Below are positions 52,153 through 64,000 of a DNA stretch of 64,000 nucleotides, piece after piece. The translations under genes were made by a program, and so were the position numbers. Position 1 is the first letter of the stretch. Every line of letters starts with the position of its first letter. Source of the DNA: Eledone cirrhosa (Eukaryota); the NCBI GenBank assembly GCA_964016885.1, contig OZ024741.1, forward strand, positions 75,392,001 to 75,456,000. The letters are read 5' to 3'. Below the pieces are notes generated by a model that was given only the letters and a program-made list of their open reading frames with translations, had not been told where the DNA came from and did not search any database.

Positions 52153-53600
52153 ATCATCACCACCATTTAACGTCCATTTTTCCATGCTAGCATGGGTTAA
52201 ATAAGTTGTTTACTATAAGATAGATCAGATCAGAATACTTTGTCTTGCTCATACAGAACTGTTTCTAGCTTGGTTTCTATGGCTGGATGTCTTTTCTAAC
52301 ATCAACCACATTTACAGTGTGGACTGATAGCTTTTTATTGTGACACCACACTGACCAGTATACAATGTGGATTGAGTGCTTTTTGTTGTGACACCAACAC
52401 AACCACTTTATAGTATAGGCAGGGCAATTTTTGCTTTTTGTAGTGTCACCAACATGAACACTCTACAGAGTAGACTGAGAGCTTTTTGTCATGTCACCAA
52501 CATGACCGCCTTACAGGGCAGGCTTTGTGCTCTTTGTCGTGTCACCAACCCGATCACTCTACAGGGCAGGGCAGGGACTTTCTATTATTCCACCGACATG
52601 ACCACTTTACAGGGAGGACTGAGTGTCTCCTAATGTGTCACCAGCATGGGCACCTTGCAGGGAGGTCTACGTGCTGTTTTGTCATGTCAACTTACAGGGA
52701 GGGCTGGGTGCTCTTTTGTCATGACACCAACATGAACACTTTACATGGTGGACTGAGAGCTTTTAACCATTTCTGCAGCAGTGTAGAAGAGAACGTTCAG
52801 CTTACCATGCTTGTATGCATAGGTTGGTCAAGAGAGGTGCATCAGATGTGGAACATGAGGTGTGTGCATATATGTAGAGTGGGGATTGGAGAGGTAGGTC
52901 TAGGGTGAGGGACGTAGCTGATGAAGGGTGGAGTGTTAACATGTGGGAAGTACATAGAAGTGGGAGGGAGAGAAGTGGCACATACTAGATACCACTAGAT
53001 GTTTGTTTCATCCTGTGCACATGGGAGTGTGGGTCTTCTGCAGTATAGCATAATGCCAGAGTTCTCGATCCTGTGTCATCGCCTTTGAGAGGTGCAATTG
53101 TGTGAGGTCAGCTTTTATCACCTCATCTTAAGCTTTCCTAGGTGTTCCTTTTCCATAGCTCCCATCTACGTTGAGCACCCTGTACCTTTTTATACAACTA
53201 TCATCCTTCATATGCTTCACATTTCCAAACCACCACTATCTCCTTTCCTTTACACTACATCTGATCCCTTTTATGCCTAGTTTCTGTCTCAGTTCATTTA
53301 CACGTTGCTTTTCAAGTGTATTACTATTACACATCCATTGGAGCATGCAAGCTTCATTTCTTTCCAATCTACACAGGTCCTCTGCACACAGTGCCCAGGT
53401 CTCACTACTGTGCAACATTGCTGCATGTATATATACATCATATAATCTGCCCTTCATTTTGAGCTAGCTGTGGTAGTAGCTCCCTGGATGTTATCTATCC
53501 TGTTCTCATTCTGGCTACTGTACTTTTGGAACACCCACCTCCACTGTGAATTTCATCACCCATGTAACAGAAGCTGTCAACTGCTTCTACGGAACCCTCT
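52153..53600 (-). mobile_element. Old RTE LINE 3' part with expanded tandem repeats in the 3' UTR
   Basis: ORF 53236-53457 MLHSSETW/ERNEACML; ~45-bp units (tttttgtcatgtcaccaacatgaccactttacag) at 52310-52765. Confidence 0.88.
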
Positions 53601-53604
53601 ATAT

Positions 53605-54735
53605 TTTAATAATTTTCAGGCAGGCATGGTAAAACAGACATTAAAGGATAATGATGATTATGTTAATTGTCTGCAAAGAAGTCATTGGACTTACTCAGAC
53701 AGGGTGACAGGGACTATACACAAACAAAGTACAATGATGGTCAACAGCTACAGGTAAGGACCATTGGGACTTTGTTATTTAGGAAGTGAAGAATGAGGTG
53801 AGCAAAAAAAAGTACACAAAAGCATTTCAACAATCCTAACAGTCAATGGACAAATTGGGATGAGGCATTGCAAAGGTCGCTTGCATGGAAAGGTGTGTGG
53901 CAGATGGCACCACTCAGAGTGAGCTTCATTATACAACCTGCTTCCATCAAAGACCAACTTTGTGAAATGGGGCAAAGAGGAAGATCCTAGTTGCTCTCTG
54001 TGTGAGGATAAACCACAAATGAAAAAGCATGTTCCAAGTTTGTTTAAAGTAGCTCTTGCTAATGGCAGATACACGTGGAGGCACAACAGAGTGCTAGAAG
54101 AGTTGACTCAGTCAATCTGGGACTAGATGCAACCTGAAACCACTGAAGCAGCCCTAACAGTCATAACAGAAGGGAATAGGATGAGGTGGAGTGGATCCAA
54201 AAAGATACCATGACATGAAGCTGTGCTCAGGCAGAACCTACTTGAAATAGAAGGGGATGGAGCAATATCTACTGATTGCCCAGACTGGCATAAGAATTAT
54301 CCTGAATTAATCAGCAAGAAAGACCAGATAGTGTCCTACAATCAGAAACAGGCACCAAAGTCACGCTGGTTAAGCCCTATGAAAGCTGTGTAGATGAAGA
54401 ACATGAGTACAAGAGGGGGATATATAAACATCACCAGAGAGGGGGAAGAGAAGAGTATCAATACATTATAAAGCTAGTGCATGAGGATTTATCACAGCTT
54501 CTATGAGCCAACTATTAGGTCAGCTTGGAATCAAAGGTTGGGAAAAACAGCAACAATCAACCATCTGCAGAGACAGCCGAGAAAGTTCAATGTGGCTATG
54601 GTCGAAGAGAAATGACAACTGGAACTAAGTTAGGATATATCAAATCGTTAACATTGATTGCAGTTTAAAGAGATGCAGTTTAAATAAGCCTTAGTCTTAG
54701 TGACTGAGTGATGTAATCCACAGAAATGAGAAACA
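53605..54735 (+). mobile_element. HERO-like non-LTR element 3' fragment (zinc knuckle + restriction-like endonuclease)
   Basis: Manual translation LPSKTNFVKWGKEEDPSCSLC...ALANGRYTWRHNRVLEEL, RPD.VL, terminal SSMWLWSKR. Confidence 0.75.
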
Positions 54736-55724
54736 AGATCACATGCTGGAGAAGAAAAAAATAGCAGCAGTATGCCTAAGAGTCTTGACCAAGGTGAGTA
54801 TGTCTATTTCCCTAAATGAACCAGAGTCCTGTCTTCTTTATTATTTACTAAAACTTGATGTGTTTACTCAGAAACCTTTTGATTCTAATTTCCAGTGTAG
54901 TAATTTCTTCCACAAATTCAACTATAAAAACAAAGTCATCATAGAGAATTTTCTAAGAACAAGTAGGTCTTAAACATTCAGCCATTTAAATATTGCTTCA
55001 AAAAAGACCCCATGATGTGTATACTTAAGTCTGTCAAGGGGCCCCACATAACTAACCATTACTTTAGCTGGGAAAATAGCCTTAAAATACTTGTGGTATA
55101 TCTACATGGTCACAACACAGTCGAATGCATAAATTATAAATTATATACGAATGCATAAATTATAAATAAATATTTTTAAATGACACAAATTTTACAAAGT
55201 AGAAAAAAAGCTAAGATTAACTTTAATTGATTAGTTTTCTACTAAATCAATTTTTGCAAAATAGAAATTAATTAAATTATCTTTTTTTTTTATAAATTTA
55301 GGTTATTAATATCTATAAAATATTCAGTGTACTATAAAATAATTTCCTCTAATTTCTCACTAATATATATCTATATGTGTTTAAATGATATAGGAATTAG
55401 GACAGGCACTCATATCGTAGTAACATATTCTGATATGCTGACTGCAAGGCATGTAATCATAAATATGCTTCATTGGTATTTAATAAGAAATTATCTATGT
55501 GATTAATAATATAGAACAAAATCAAACAAGCCAGAAACCCTACAAAAAATATATATGCAGATTTTGTTTATGATCAATGGAACATTACTTATAAGATTAA
55601 TATTCAATTGAATGAGTATCTTACAGACACTTGCACTCTTAATGTAATTCTCTGGGAGATTCAGCATGGCACAGTGTGTGACAAGGCTAACACCTTGAAT
55701 TGCAAGTACAACTCATCTTTGCTA

Positions 55725-57560
55725 ACTGATTTTCTAAGCACACTAAAAAATGACATCCACAACATAAAAACATCAGATAAGGCTCTGTTATTCTCTGACA
55801 AAACTAAAAATATATGCCAGGTAGACAAAAACACCTACAATCAATTACTCATAACTAACATCATCATTAGTTACAAGAAAGCCAAGCCAGATGCATACAA
55901 TAGCATCAACAAAGAGGCTAAACAAATAGCAGTCAAGTTAAATTTAGATGACAGAATAGAAACACTATCCAAGCGAGATACTTTTATTACCCTTAAAGAC
56001 CATAAGAACAACTTCACCTCCAGCCATGAATGTAGATTAATAAATCTGGCTAAAAGCGAAATAGGCATAATTAGCAAACACATTCTAATACCAACGTTAG
56101 GAAGGCCACTTGCTAAGAGCAATGAATGATATGTAATATTAAGAAAGTTAAATAACACCAGCCACAAGAAACATGGCAGCTTCATGCAATGGGATATAGT
56201 AGAATTCTACCTTTCAATTTCCAAAGACTTACTAGATAAAGCATTAGACATCGCTAACACCATCTTGCCTTTTAGACATCAAGGACTGCAAGATCATGCA
56301 TGCCAGAAGAACGCTGCTCTTCAGCAAGGACACTGAATGAGTAAAAAAGACCAACTCAAGTGGATCCTTCGATGTAAGCATAGGATCATTTGATGAAGTG
56401 GACCTATGTCATTTATTTGGCCAATCTATATATATTGAATACCTTAGCTGACCTATATTCATCCATGCACTTCAGACTATATGGAAAGGAAGCCCTGGCA
56501 ATAACTAGCAACACAAATGGGAATACACTAGATAGATTAAGAAAAGAGATTATATAAACTTTCAAATCTTTTAGTTTAAAAATAACTATAGACACTAGCC
56601 GACCACTGTCATCTTCCTAGAAATAAGGCCAGACATAAAAAATAACCAATACACATCCTATAGAAAACCAAACGATAAACAGTCCTACATAAACACAGGA
56701 TCCTAATGTAAAATATTAGCAAGAAAATCTTCAATCTCTTATCTTGCAAAGACATTTTTGACAAAGTGGCTGCAAAAGCAAGCAAATTCAAGGAGACAAT
56801 CAGCTATAACCCTAAACCTGGATCATGCCTCCCTTTTCACTGAATATCATGACCAACATTGGCAGAACATTCCTAGCTCTAGTAGACAAGCACTTCCTAA
56901 ATAATCACCCTTCCAAGAGGAACCATTCAACAGGTACAAATTTAAAGTCAGTTTTAGCTCAATGCTCAAATTTAAATCCATTATAACCAATAAGCCACCA
57001 CTACCCAACCTAGTTCGGAGGCTCATATAGTATCAGAAAAACATGCTCTCTTGAGGGGCATGCAAGACAAAGGCCATAGTTAATGTGGCAACAGGGAAAT
57101 CATCAAACCCGACTGCACCACCAATCTCAAGTGGTATATCGGTCTTACAGAACGACAGTTTAAAGAACGATACAACAACCATGTGCCATTATTCTGAGAT
57201 AAGAGAAAAAGAAGAAAAAGTACATGACTATGTTCTGTAGCCATGTATGGAGCTGAAATAGGACTCTACTGATTATAATATCAGCTAGAGAATAGCAGAA
57301 ATATGTAAACCCTATCTCAATGGTTCTAAGAGTACAGACAATACAACACCAAGAGATGGCTTATATGGAAAATTTCACTGGACCCAAACTCATGCCCCTA
57401 ACTCAAGGAATGAGACATGTAAGCCATTCCTACTTAGCACAAAATATATACTCCATTTTTTGGTCACCAAATATCCATACACCCACCAGCCACTTTGGAT
57501 AACATGACCGGACACCAAGCTAACCTTTCGAAAACTGAATAACAAAATGTTCCAGATCAA
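55725..57560 (+). mobile_element. Degenerate Penelope-like element (Naiad-like)
   Basis: FSDKTKN, FITLKDHK, CRLINLAKSEIGIISK, WDIVEFY, FDVSIGSFD; GIY-YIG WYIGLTERQFKERYNNH. Confidence 0.88.
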
Positions 57561-57615
57561 AAAAGACTGTCAGAAAGTTTTACCTCTCCTGCACCAATTA
57601 CCAAGAAAATATGTG

Positions 57616-57664
<49 letters not shown>

Positions 57665-57869
57665 TCAATACCATCATCTTGATTTAACGTCTTGTTTTTT
57701 TATGCTGAATTGTCCATGTTTTGAGGCATGTCTGGCCAGTTGGCTGTGCCATATATGTATATATAAATATATTAAAAATATTAAGTATACATTGAAACTG
57801 AAGTGGCAATAGGGCAGACACCAATCGACCCATCTGAGGCAGTCACAAATCAATCAATGGTGTGAAAAA

Positions 57870-58250
57870 TTAATAGATTTCTCAACCAGGAAATCAATAC
57901 AAAATACCTGATTCACAAAAGAGATAAGGATGCAAGCAAAACACCTAGATGTGGCAACAAATACAGACTCTGCAGAATTAACATCAAAGATGTCACCCAT
58001 GTCATAAGCAGCTGTCGAAAGATATCATCATGGTACTATCTATGTATTATGAGGCATAATGTAGTGACCAAAATACCATATTATGCAATCTGTAGAAAAT
58101 ATAGCCCCGAGAATAAACATATTAAAAGTCACAGTAATGTGGAAGACATATACATACATAATATGAAAGAGTACTTATGGAATGTTCCAGTCCAAACCCC
58201 TATAAAATGCAAGCATAACAGACCAGATTTAATGATAAGGGAGATACAAG
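57870..58250 (+). mobile_element. R4/Dong-like LINE C-terminal remnant
   Basis: QEINTKYL..RLC...THVISSC...MRHNVV...WNVPVQT..KHNRPDL. Confidence 0.75.
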
Positions 58251-58294
58251 TACATAAATATTATTAGTTTTATTGCTGGAAAAGTAAAAAGAGT

Positions 58295-58333
58295 ATCTCA
58301 ACATATCAGACATTAAGTCTTTCATCAGGAGGT
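58295..58333 (-). ncRNA. Degenerate minimal hammerhead motif
   Basis: Minus strand acCTC-CTGATGA-A-AGAC-ttaat-GTCT-GATA-tg-tt-GAG, followed by AATAAA; GAAA>GATA change. Confidence 0.5.
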
Positions 58334-58479
58334 TGAAAAATGGAAGAAAAAAGGAAAAAAAAGGTTTCATTTTAATGGGTGACCTGGGAGGTGTGGGATG
58401 GACGCACAAAGATTGCGTATCCCAAGAGACCCAAGAGGAAGCAAACCTTAATGGAGTAGCATCAAAAGAGATGAAGTGG

Positions 58480-58695
58480 TGTGATTTTGATAAAATAATC
58501 CTGGAGTTCTGTAACCAAGCTCTGGAGATAGGAGTTTCACTGGATCAGTGAAGGATCAGTAACATCATCCCAGTACCAAAGAAGTGAGATCTTTCTGACA
58601 CCAACAGCTACAAGGGGATTTCACTTGTGACTAAGACACTCAACAGGATGATTCTTAACACGGTCCAGCCTGAAATGGAGAAGGAGCTCAGGGAT
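58480..58695 (+). mobile_element. RTE-type RT N-terminal remnant
   Basis: IILEFCNQAL...NIIPVPKK.DLSDTNSYKGISL...LNRMILN. Confidence 0.7.
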
Positions 58696-58711
58696 ATGTG
58701 TATGTATATAT

Positions 58712-58983
58712 AGGCGATATCCACTGATGAAGTCACATACGCCGATTATGCATTGTTGCATAATATATGCAGACAGAAGGTGCAATGCACGCTACTGCTG
58801 CATTAAGTGTAGCCGAAACTCGAGTCCGAAAATCATTGTAGGCACCCGTTTTACGCGTGTTGTATTGAAGCAAATAGCTATGTGTATATTCTGGGAATGT
58901 ATCCTACATTACCTATTGAGTACGCTGAGATACAACCGGTCCTGGCATTGATAAATATGCTGGGTCCGTCAACTCCTTATTAT

Positions 58984-58985
<2 letters not shown>
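58712..58985 (+). mobile_element. (TA)n-flanked PLE-tail-like module with expanded hammerhead-like motif (58716-58834)
   Basis: CTGATGA at 58724, ~85-nt structured insert, then GAAA-CTCGAG-TC. Confidence 0.45.
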
Positions 58986-59021
<36 letters not shown>

Positions 59022-59132
59022 AGTTTAATATAGAAAGCCATTTCTGTATTAAACTTGATTTTACTCTCTACTAATGTATTGAGTACCTTACTAAATGTGT
59101 TTATTTCTGATTGAACCCAGGACTTATATATA

Positions 59133-59216
<84 letters not shown>

Positions 59217-59292
59217 CATATATATATATAAATTTCAATTTGAGTTTCATATATATATATATACATATATATATATATGTATATATATATAT

Positions 59293-59615
59293 GAAACACA
59301 AATTGAAATTTTGAAGACCAACACAATGCGTTATGAAGATTGTTAAAATTGCCAAGATAACAAAAGAATCTTCTTACCTTAGCAAATTTAACGATCTCAA
59401 ATATTTTCAAATTTAAAAACTCATCATCAAGGGGTGACCCTTGATAATGGGTTTTTAAATCCGAAAATATTTGAGATCTTTAAATTTTCTAAGGTAAGAT
59501 TCTTTTGTTATCTTGGCAATTTTAACAATCTTCATAGCGCATTGTGTTGGTCTTCAAAATTTCAATTTGTGTTTCCTATTAAACAATGCTTCAAGCAAGC
59601 TACAAAACTCTGTTA
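59293..59615 (+). mobile_element. Fold-back module: ~140-bp-arm hairpin (apex 59434-59437) plus tail, with a hammerhead remnant next to the apex
   Basis: 59293-59433 is the reverse complement of 59438-59575; arm consensus tTGATGA-t-GGGTTT-tt-AAATCC-GAAA-ATAT-TT. Confidence 0.8.
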
Positions 59616-60759
59616 TATATATGTATATATATATATTTAAGAGTGAGTCAGGACCCGATGGCTGAGCTCTTGCCATTTCAATAGCTAGTTCCAAACTGGA
59701 GAGAGAGAGGGAGAGAGAGAAGAGAGAAAGAGAGAGAGAAAAGATAAGTAAGGAATAAATCTAAATTTATTATATTCCAAGAGAGAATGGTAAGATAGTG
59801 TAACAATGTTTGTTTTCATTAGTTATCAAGTACCAATAAATGTCAGCATAATACTTTCTCTCACTCTCTCACCAAACCATAGTTATTTTAGTCATTCTAC
59901 TGACGTCATTTTGTCTCAAAGCACCGTCCTTCTAATGTCTCTGATATATCTTTCCATCTTATACATTCCCTCTTCATAATTCCTTTTATACTATGCGAAT
60001 TTGGGTTGATCAATTCAGTGTTAAGGAGCCCTTAGGGCAAGGTCATTCAAAGAACTTGTTGGATTCAACTAGCTTTATATTCAAGAAATCTTTCAAAGCA
60101 ACATTGTATTATTTTCATCTTTCTATTTTATAAAATAGATGTGTATGTTTAAGTCTATTTAGTGTTTTTTAATTTGGGCATAAGGCCATATATCTTTGTG
60201 AGAGTGTCTCCAGCATGTCTTTTTGGAGAGACAATAGAGTTTTCACAATTGGTCAGTTAGAATTTGGGCTGTAATGCCTGCTGTGGTGAAATAGTCCAAC
60301 CTGGAATGACATACTTCTTGGAAGTTTTGGCTTGTAAAAGTTGTATTTAGATGTGGTAGTGTTGATGTTTGTTTCTCTTGTCTTCACACTCTTTTTCTCT
60401 TTAACCCACTCTTTCACTCTTTTTTCTGTTCCTACTGTTCCACACTCTCTTTTCTCCTCCTACTTTTCCATTTTCCTCTGACCAATCCTCAGAATGCATA
60501 TCTTCACCCCATGTTTCCATGACATATCACCATTTGCTGCTTTCTGCTACCAATGATTCTCAACATGTTAAGTTGATGTCAGTTAATGTCATGTCTGCAG
60601 ACATCTTTATAACAGAGGAATAATCTTCCTATAGATCTAATGTTTCTATGAGATGTCTTTGGGGATTTGGGGTATTCACAATTTAATTGACCCCTTTACT
60701 TGACTAATATTTTATTTTATCCACCACAGTCGATTATAGTAAATTCATATGCAAAAAAA

Positions 60760-62392
60760 AAAAAAGCCAGGAGGGTGTGGAGAATATAGAATCTCAGGAT
60801 GTAGGAGATTCAAATAGAGATGAGAATATGGAAAATGATGGAATCTAACTGGAATAGGTGGAAGTGAATATTCAAGATAATGCAGGAGGTGACATTAACA
60901 TTGATGAACTGAAGGACATATCAGAAAAAGATAGACAGTTGATTGCTGATATATTGGAGATCTCTAAAGGGGGCAGTAACAAAAAAAAAAAAAAATAAAA
61001 ATAAAAAAAAAACCCTGTGTCAGCTAGAAGAAATAACTAAGAAAGTAAACAACATCTTTGACAAGGTGCCATCTAGAACCATCACAGAAACCAACAATCT
61101 CGTCAGCACTGCAAGTATCTCCATTGCTAAAGAGTTAGGTCAGAAACAGACTACAACAAAGCAGATTAAGGAACTATGGTGGAAAAGGAGAATTGAAGGG
61201 GACATCAAAATTCTTGGGAAAAATATCAATATTCTGGAAAGGGAAAAACGAGGTGAATTAAGAAAATGAGGAAAGATTGAACAACTTACAGGAAAGTACA
61301 ATATCAGGAGAAAGAAGATTGTGGTAATAGAAAAGCTGAAACAAAAGGTACTTGCCAAAGCTGCAAAGATTAAGAGATAGAAGTAATGGATCACACAGTA
61401 TAAACAAAATGTACGTTTCCAACAAAATCAGAAGATATTCTATCAGGAGATAAATGGTATGGTTAGGAATGATGATGTAATCCCTGATGCGGATGAAAGT
61501 AAAAAGTTTTGGAGTGATATCTGGATTGTAGGAAAAGAACACAAAAAGTGTGGAGTGGCTGACAATAATAATTGTTTCTAATTTTGGCACAAGGCCAGCT
61601 ATTACCCAGTGTATTACTGGTACTTTATTTTATCAACCCCGTAAGGATGTAAGGCAAAGTTAACCTCGGTGATTTGAACTCAGAATGGCAAGGGTCGTAA
61701 CTCAATGCGTCAAAGCGTGGCGCCCGACCCTCTACCGATACTGCCAATAATAATAATAATAATAATAAGTGGGGCAATACTTACACTGAGTAATGTGCAG
61801 GTTTTATGGTTCAAAAACAGATGGAAAATGGTACAAACATCACCCAGATGCAGTAACAGGAGGCGAGAATGCAACAATCCTGTGGGATTTCCCTGTGAAT
61901 ACTAACAGAACAATCAAGGCCAACAGACATGATATAATTGTGAAGGACCATAAAAAGAAAAAATGTTTCTTAATTGTCATCAGATCATAACATCTCTTCG
62001 AAAGTGTTCGGAAAGTTCAGTAAGTATAAAGATCTATCAATTGAAATTGAGAAAATGTGTCATCTTAAGGCTTGTACAATACCAGTGATAGTTGGTACAC
62101 TTTGAATGATAAAAAAAGGGTACTGAAAAATATTTGGGCCAGATAGCCATCGCTGCAAGAAATAGAGAAAATTGTGCTGACTGGTACTGCCCATGTACTA
62201 AGAAGGACATTATCAATTTAACAACTTTGCAAGGACATTTACTGTTGTTTGTGCCCTTGTGGCATTATTTGTGGGACAATTAATTGTAAAATGTGTGTGT
62301 TGTCAAATTTTGCCTCAGGTACCATGTTAACACTCAGCATGATTTGGAAAGAAGCAGAACTCAAAGGAAGTTTCAAATCATAATAATAATAG
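60760..62392 (+). mobile_element. R4/Dong-like LINE remnants (N-terminal part 60760-61560; endonuclease part 61770-62390), RT absent
   Basis: [33 protein letters not shown]; WYKHHP..ILWDFPVNTNRTIKANRHDII; (TAA)n tail. Confidence 0.8.
61572..61747 (-). mobile_element. tRNA-derived SINE (family A) in an (AAT)n tract
   Basis: Family A sequence. Confidence 0.9.
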
Positions 62393-63312
62393 TGATAGCA
62401 ATAAGTTAGTTAAATGTTTTAGAAATAAACATTAATGACATATTATATATATATATGTGTATGTATATATGCATGTACATATATATCTCAGGATTATGAA
62501 GTGAACTTCTTAGCCACTTGACCATGTCTTATTAATGGAAAGATATAATCATATGTAGATATTATCATCATCATCTACTTACATCTGCTCTTCCATGCTT
62601 TATATATATAAATGGAAAGAGGACAAGATATAGAGATACCTATTTGGCAAGAATTATGACTGTCTATATTTATTATATTCTATAAAACTGCATGAAAGAT
62701 CAAATGGTTTCCTTTTTCCGACTCGATCAATGAAAACTGTCAAGTGTGTTTGGATAAATACATTTAATTTTGTCAGTAACTTTTGCTCTGGAACTTAAAT
62801 ATTCATTCCTTTAGAAAAACATGGAAATATTATGTATCGTCTGCAATATCCATTTTTATATGCAAACTATAATGGATTCTGAGTCTCTAGCTATCAATAT
62901 GTTTTTATCGCAGCAGACTAATTTACATTGACATATGATCTGAAACAGCAATTCAGAATGTATATTGTGTGATCGATTTGTTTATCTCTGAGGTTGTGCT
63001 TTTAAAAGTTGAATATTAACAAAGAGTGAAAACATAGTTTAACCATTTTTTTGTTTTTCATGTTTCTTTGTCTTTGCAGTGTTTTTATTTGCCCTCCCAC
63101 CTCCTCGTATTGAATTCATAACACAATTCAATACACTTGCTAATAAATATTTAATGAATATTTTATCTTGCATGACTATAAAAGATTTGATTCATTTCCA
63201 GAAAAGATATATCCTTCTATATTATACAAATGCCCTTCTGTATCACTGGTACATTGCCACTATAAAAATCCATTGAACATTATGATTTATTACAGTTTCA
63301 TTATGTAGATTG

Positions 63313-63600
63313 TATGGCTTAGTGGTTAGGGTGTTTAGTTCACAATTGTAAAGTTGTGAATTGGTTGTCCCTGAGCAAGACACTTTATTTCATGTTGCTG
63401 TTGTCCACTCAGATGGAAAAATGAGTGGCAACAACACTAGTGCTAAGCTGTATTAACCTTCACCTTGATCAACATAGGTGACATGGAGAGAAGGAACTTG
63501 CATACATAGGTGACAACCGGTCTTCTACTAAACACCTTGCCCAGGGTTGCATCTTGGAGAGGAACTTTCCAGATAGAAACCCATGGTTAGTCACACTGAG
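63313..63600 (+). mobile_element. tRNA-derived SINE (family B), degenerate
   Basis: A-box tggcttagtggttag, gagcaagacactttatttc, ccactcag. Confidence 0.7.
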
Positions 63601-64000
63601 AGGGGCCTGTTAATTTGTATATTACTGAATCATGGTACTGTTCCCAATTTCTAGTTCACGTATCTTTGAAATATAGCATTCAAATCTTGTCTGTTATGAT
63701 ACCATTCAGTGCCAATGTATACTTTATTTCTTTCAGCCAAAGTAAATGTTCACCATATTTGCTTCTAAGCCTCCAGACATCCCTTATGTACAGATACTTC
63801 ATTCAACAAAATAATGGATCTTGTCAAATTCTGTATAAAATTTAAGAATTCTCTTGAGTGTGCCCGACTAGCTCTTCTCTCTTTCTATCTTTCTACTACC
63901 CTTATCTCTTTCTATTTTCTCCCTTCTGATTTTTCTATTTCCTCCTTTCATCTCTCTCTCCTTATATATTGATTTGCAAATACAAACGGGCCAATCATTC

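Noticed and set aside
52310-52765. ~45-bp repeats resembling a CRISPR array
   Set aside because: Degenerate tandem expansion of the RTE 3' UTR unit; no unique spacers; eukaryotic context
54790-54930. Apparent splice sites/exon (AAG|gtgagt on plus; tttttatag| on minus)
   Set aside because: Minus strand reads KKLLHWKLESKGF*VN...EDRTLV, a decayed RTE fragment
60470-60495. Minus-strand CTGAGGA...GAAA hammerhead-like spacing
   Set aside because: No stem I, II or III pairing
63045-63276. Strong plus-strand acceptor followed by a 65-codon ORF
   Set aside because: No convincing donor or recognisable protein; unsupported

Overview
AT-rich, repeat-saturated eukaryotic DNA, probably intronic or intergenic. 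The mix of RTE LINEs with (GAT)n tails, tRNA-derived SINEs and dense (TA)n/(CA)n/(GA)n microsatellites suggests a coleoid cephalopod such as Octopus; this is inference only. Almost every long ORF is retroelement-derived: RTE-clade LINEs (one near full-length, one with an unbroken 524-aa RT+PHD frame), three Penelope-like elements (PLEs; RT + C-terminal GIY-YIG, Naiad-like), R4/Dong and HERO-type restriction-endonuclease LINE remnants, many SINEs, a non-autonomous Helitron and a hAT-like MITE. Only one plausible host exon was seen (78 bp, minus strand, 50767-50844). The main unannotated signal is about 12 type I hammerhead-ribozyme motifs: 3 look intact, 1 has an intact core with weak stem I, and the rest are degenerate. 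They lie in short PLE-tail/pLTR-like modules inserted into (TA)n tracts. Many of these modules have fold-back architecture (palindrome or long inverted repeat), and they stack into a nest at 21.2-22.9 kb. All folds and family assignments were made by eye, with no searches or folding software.
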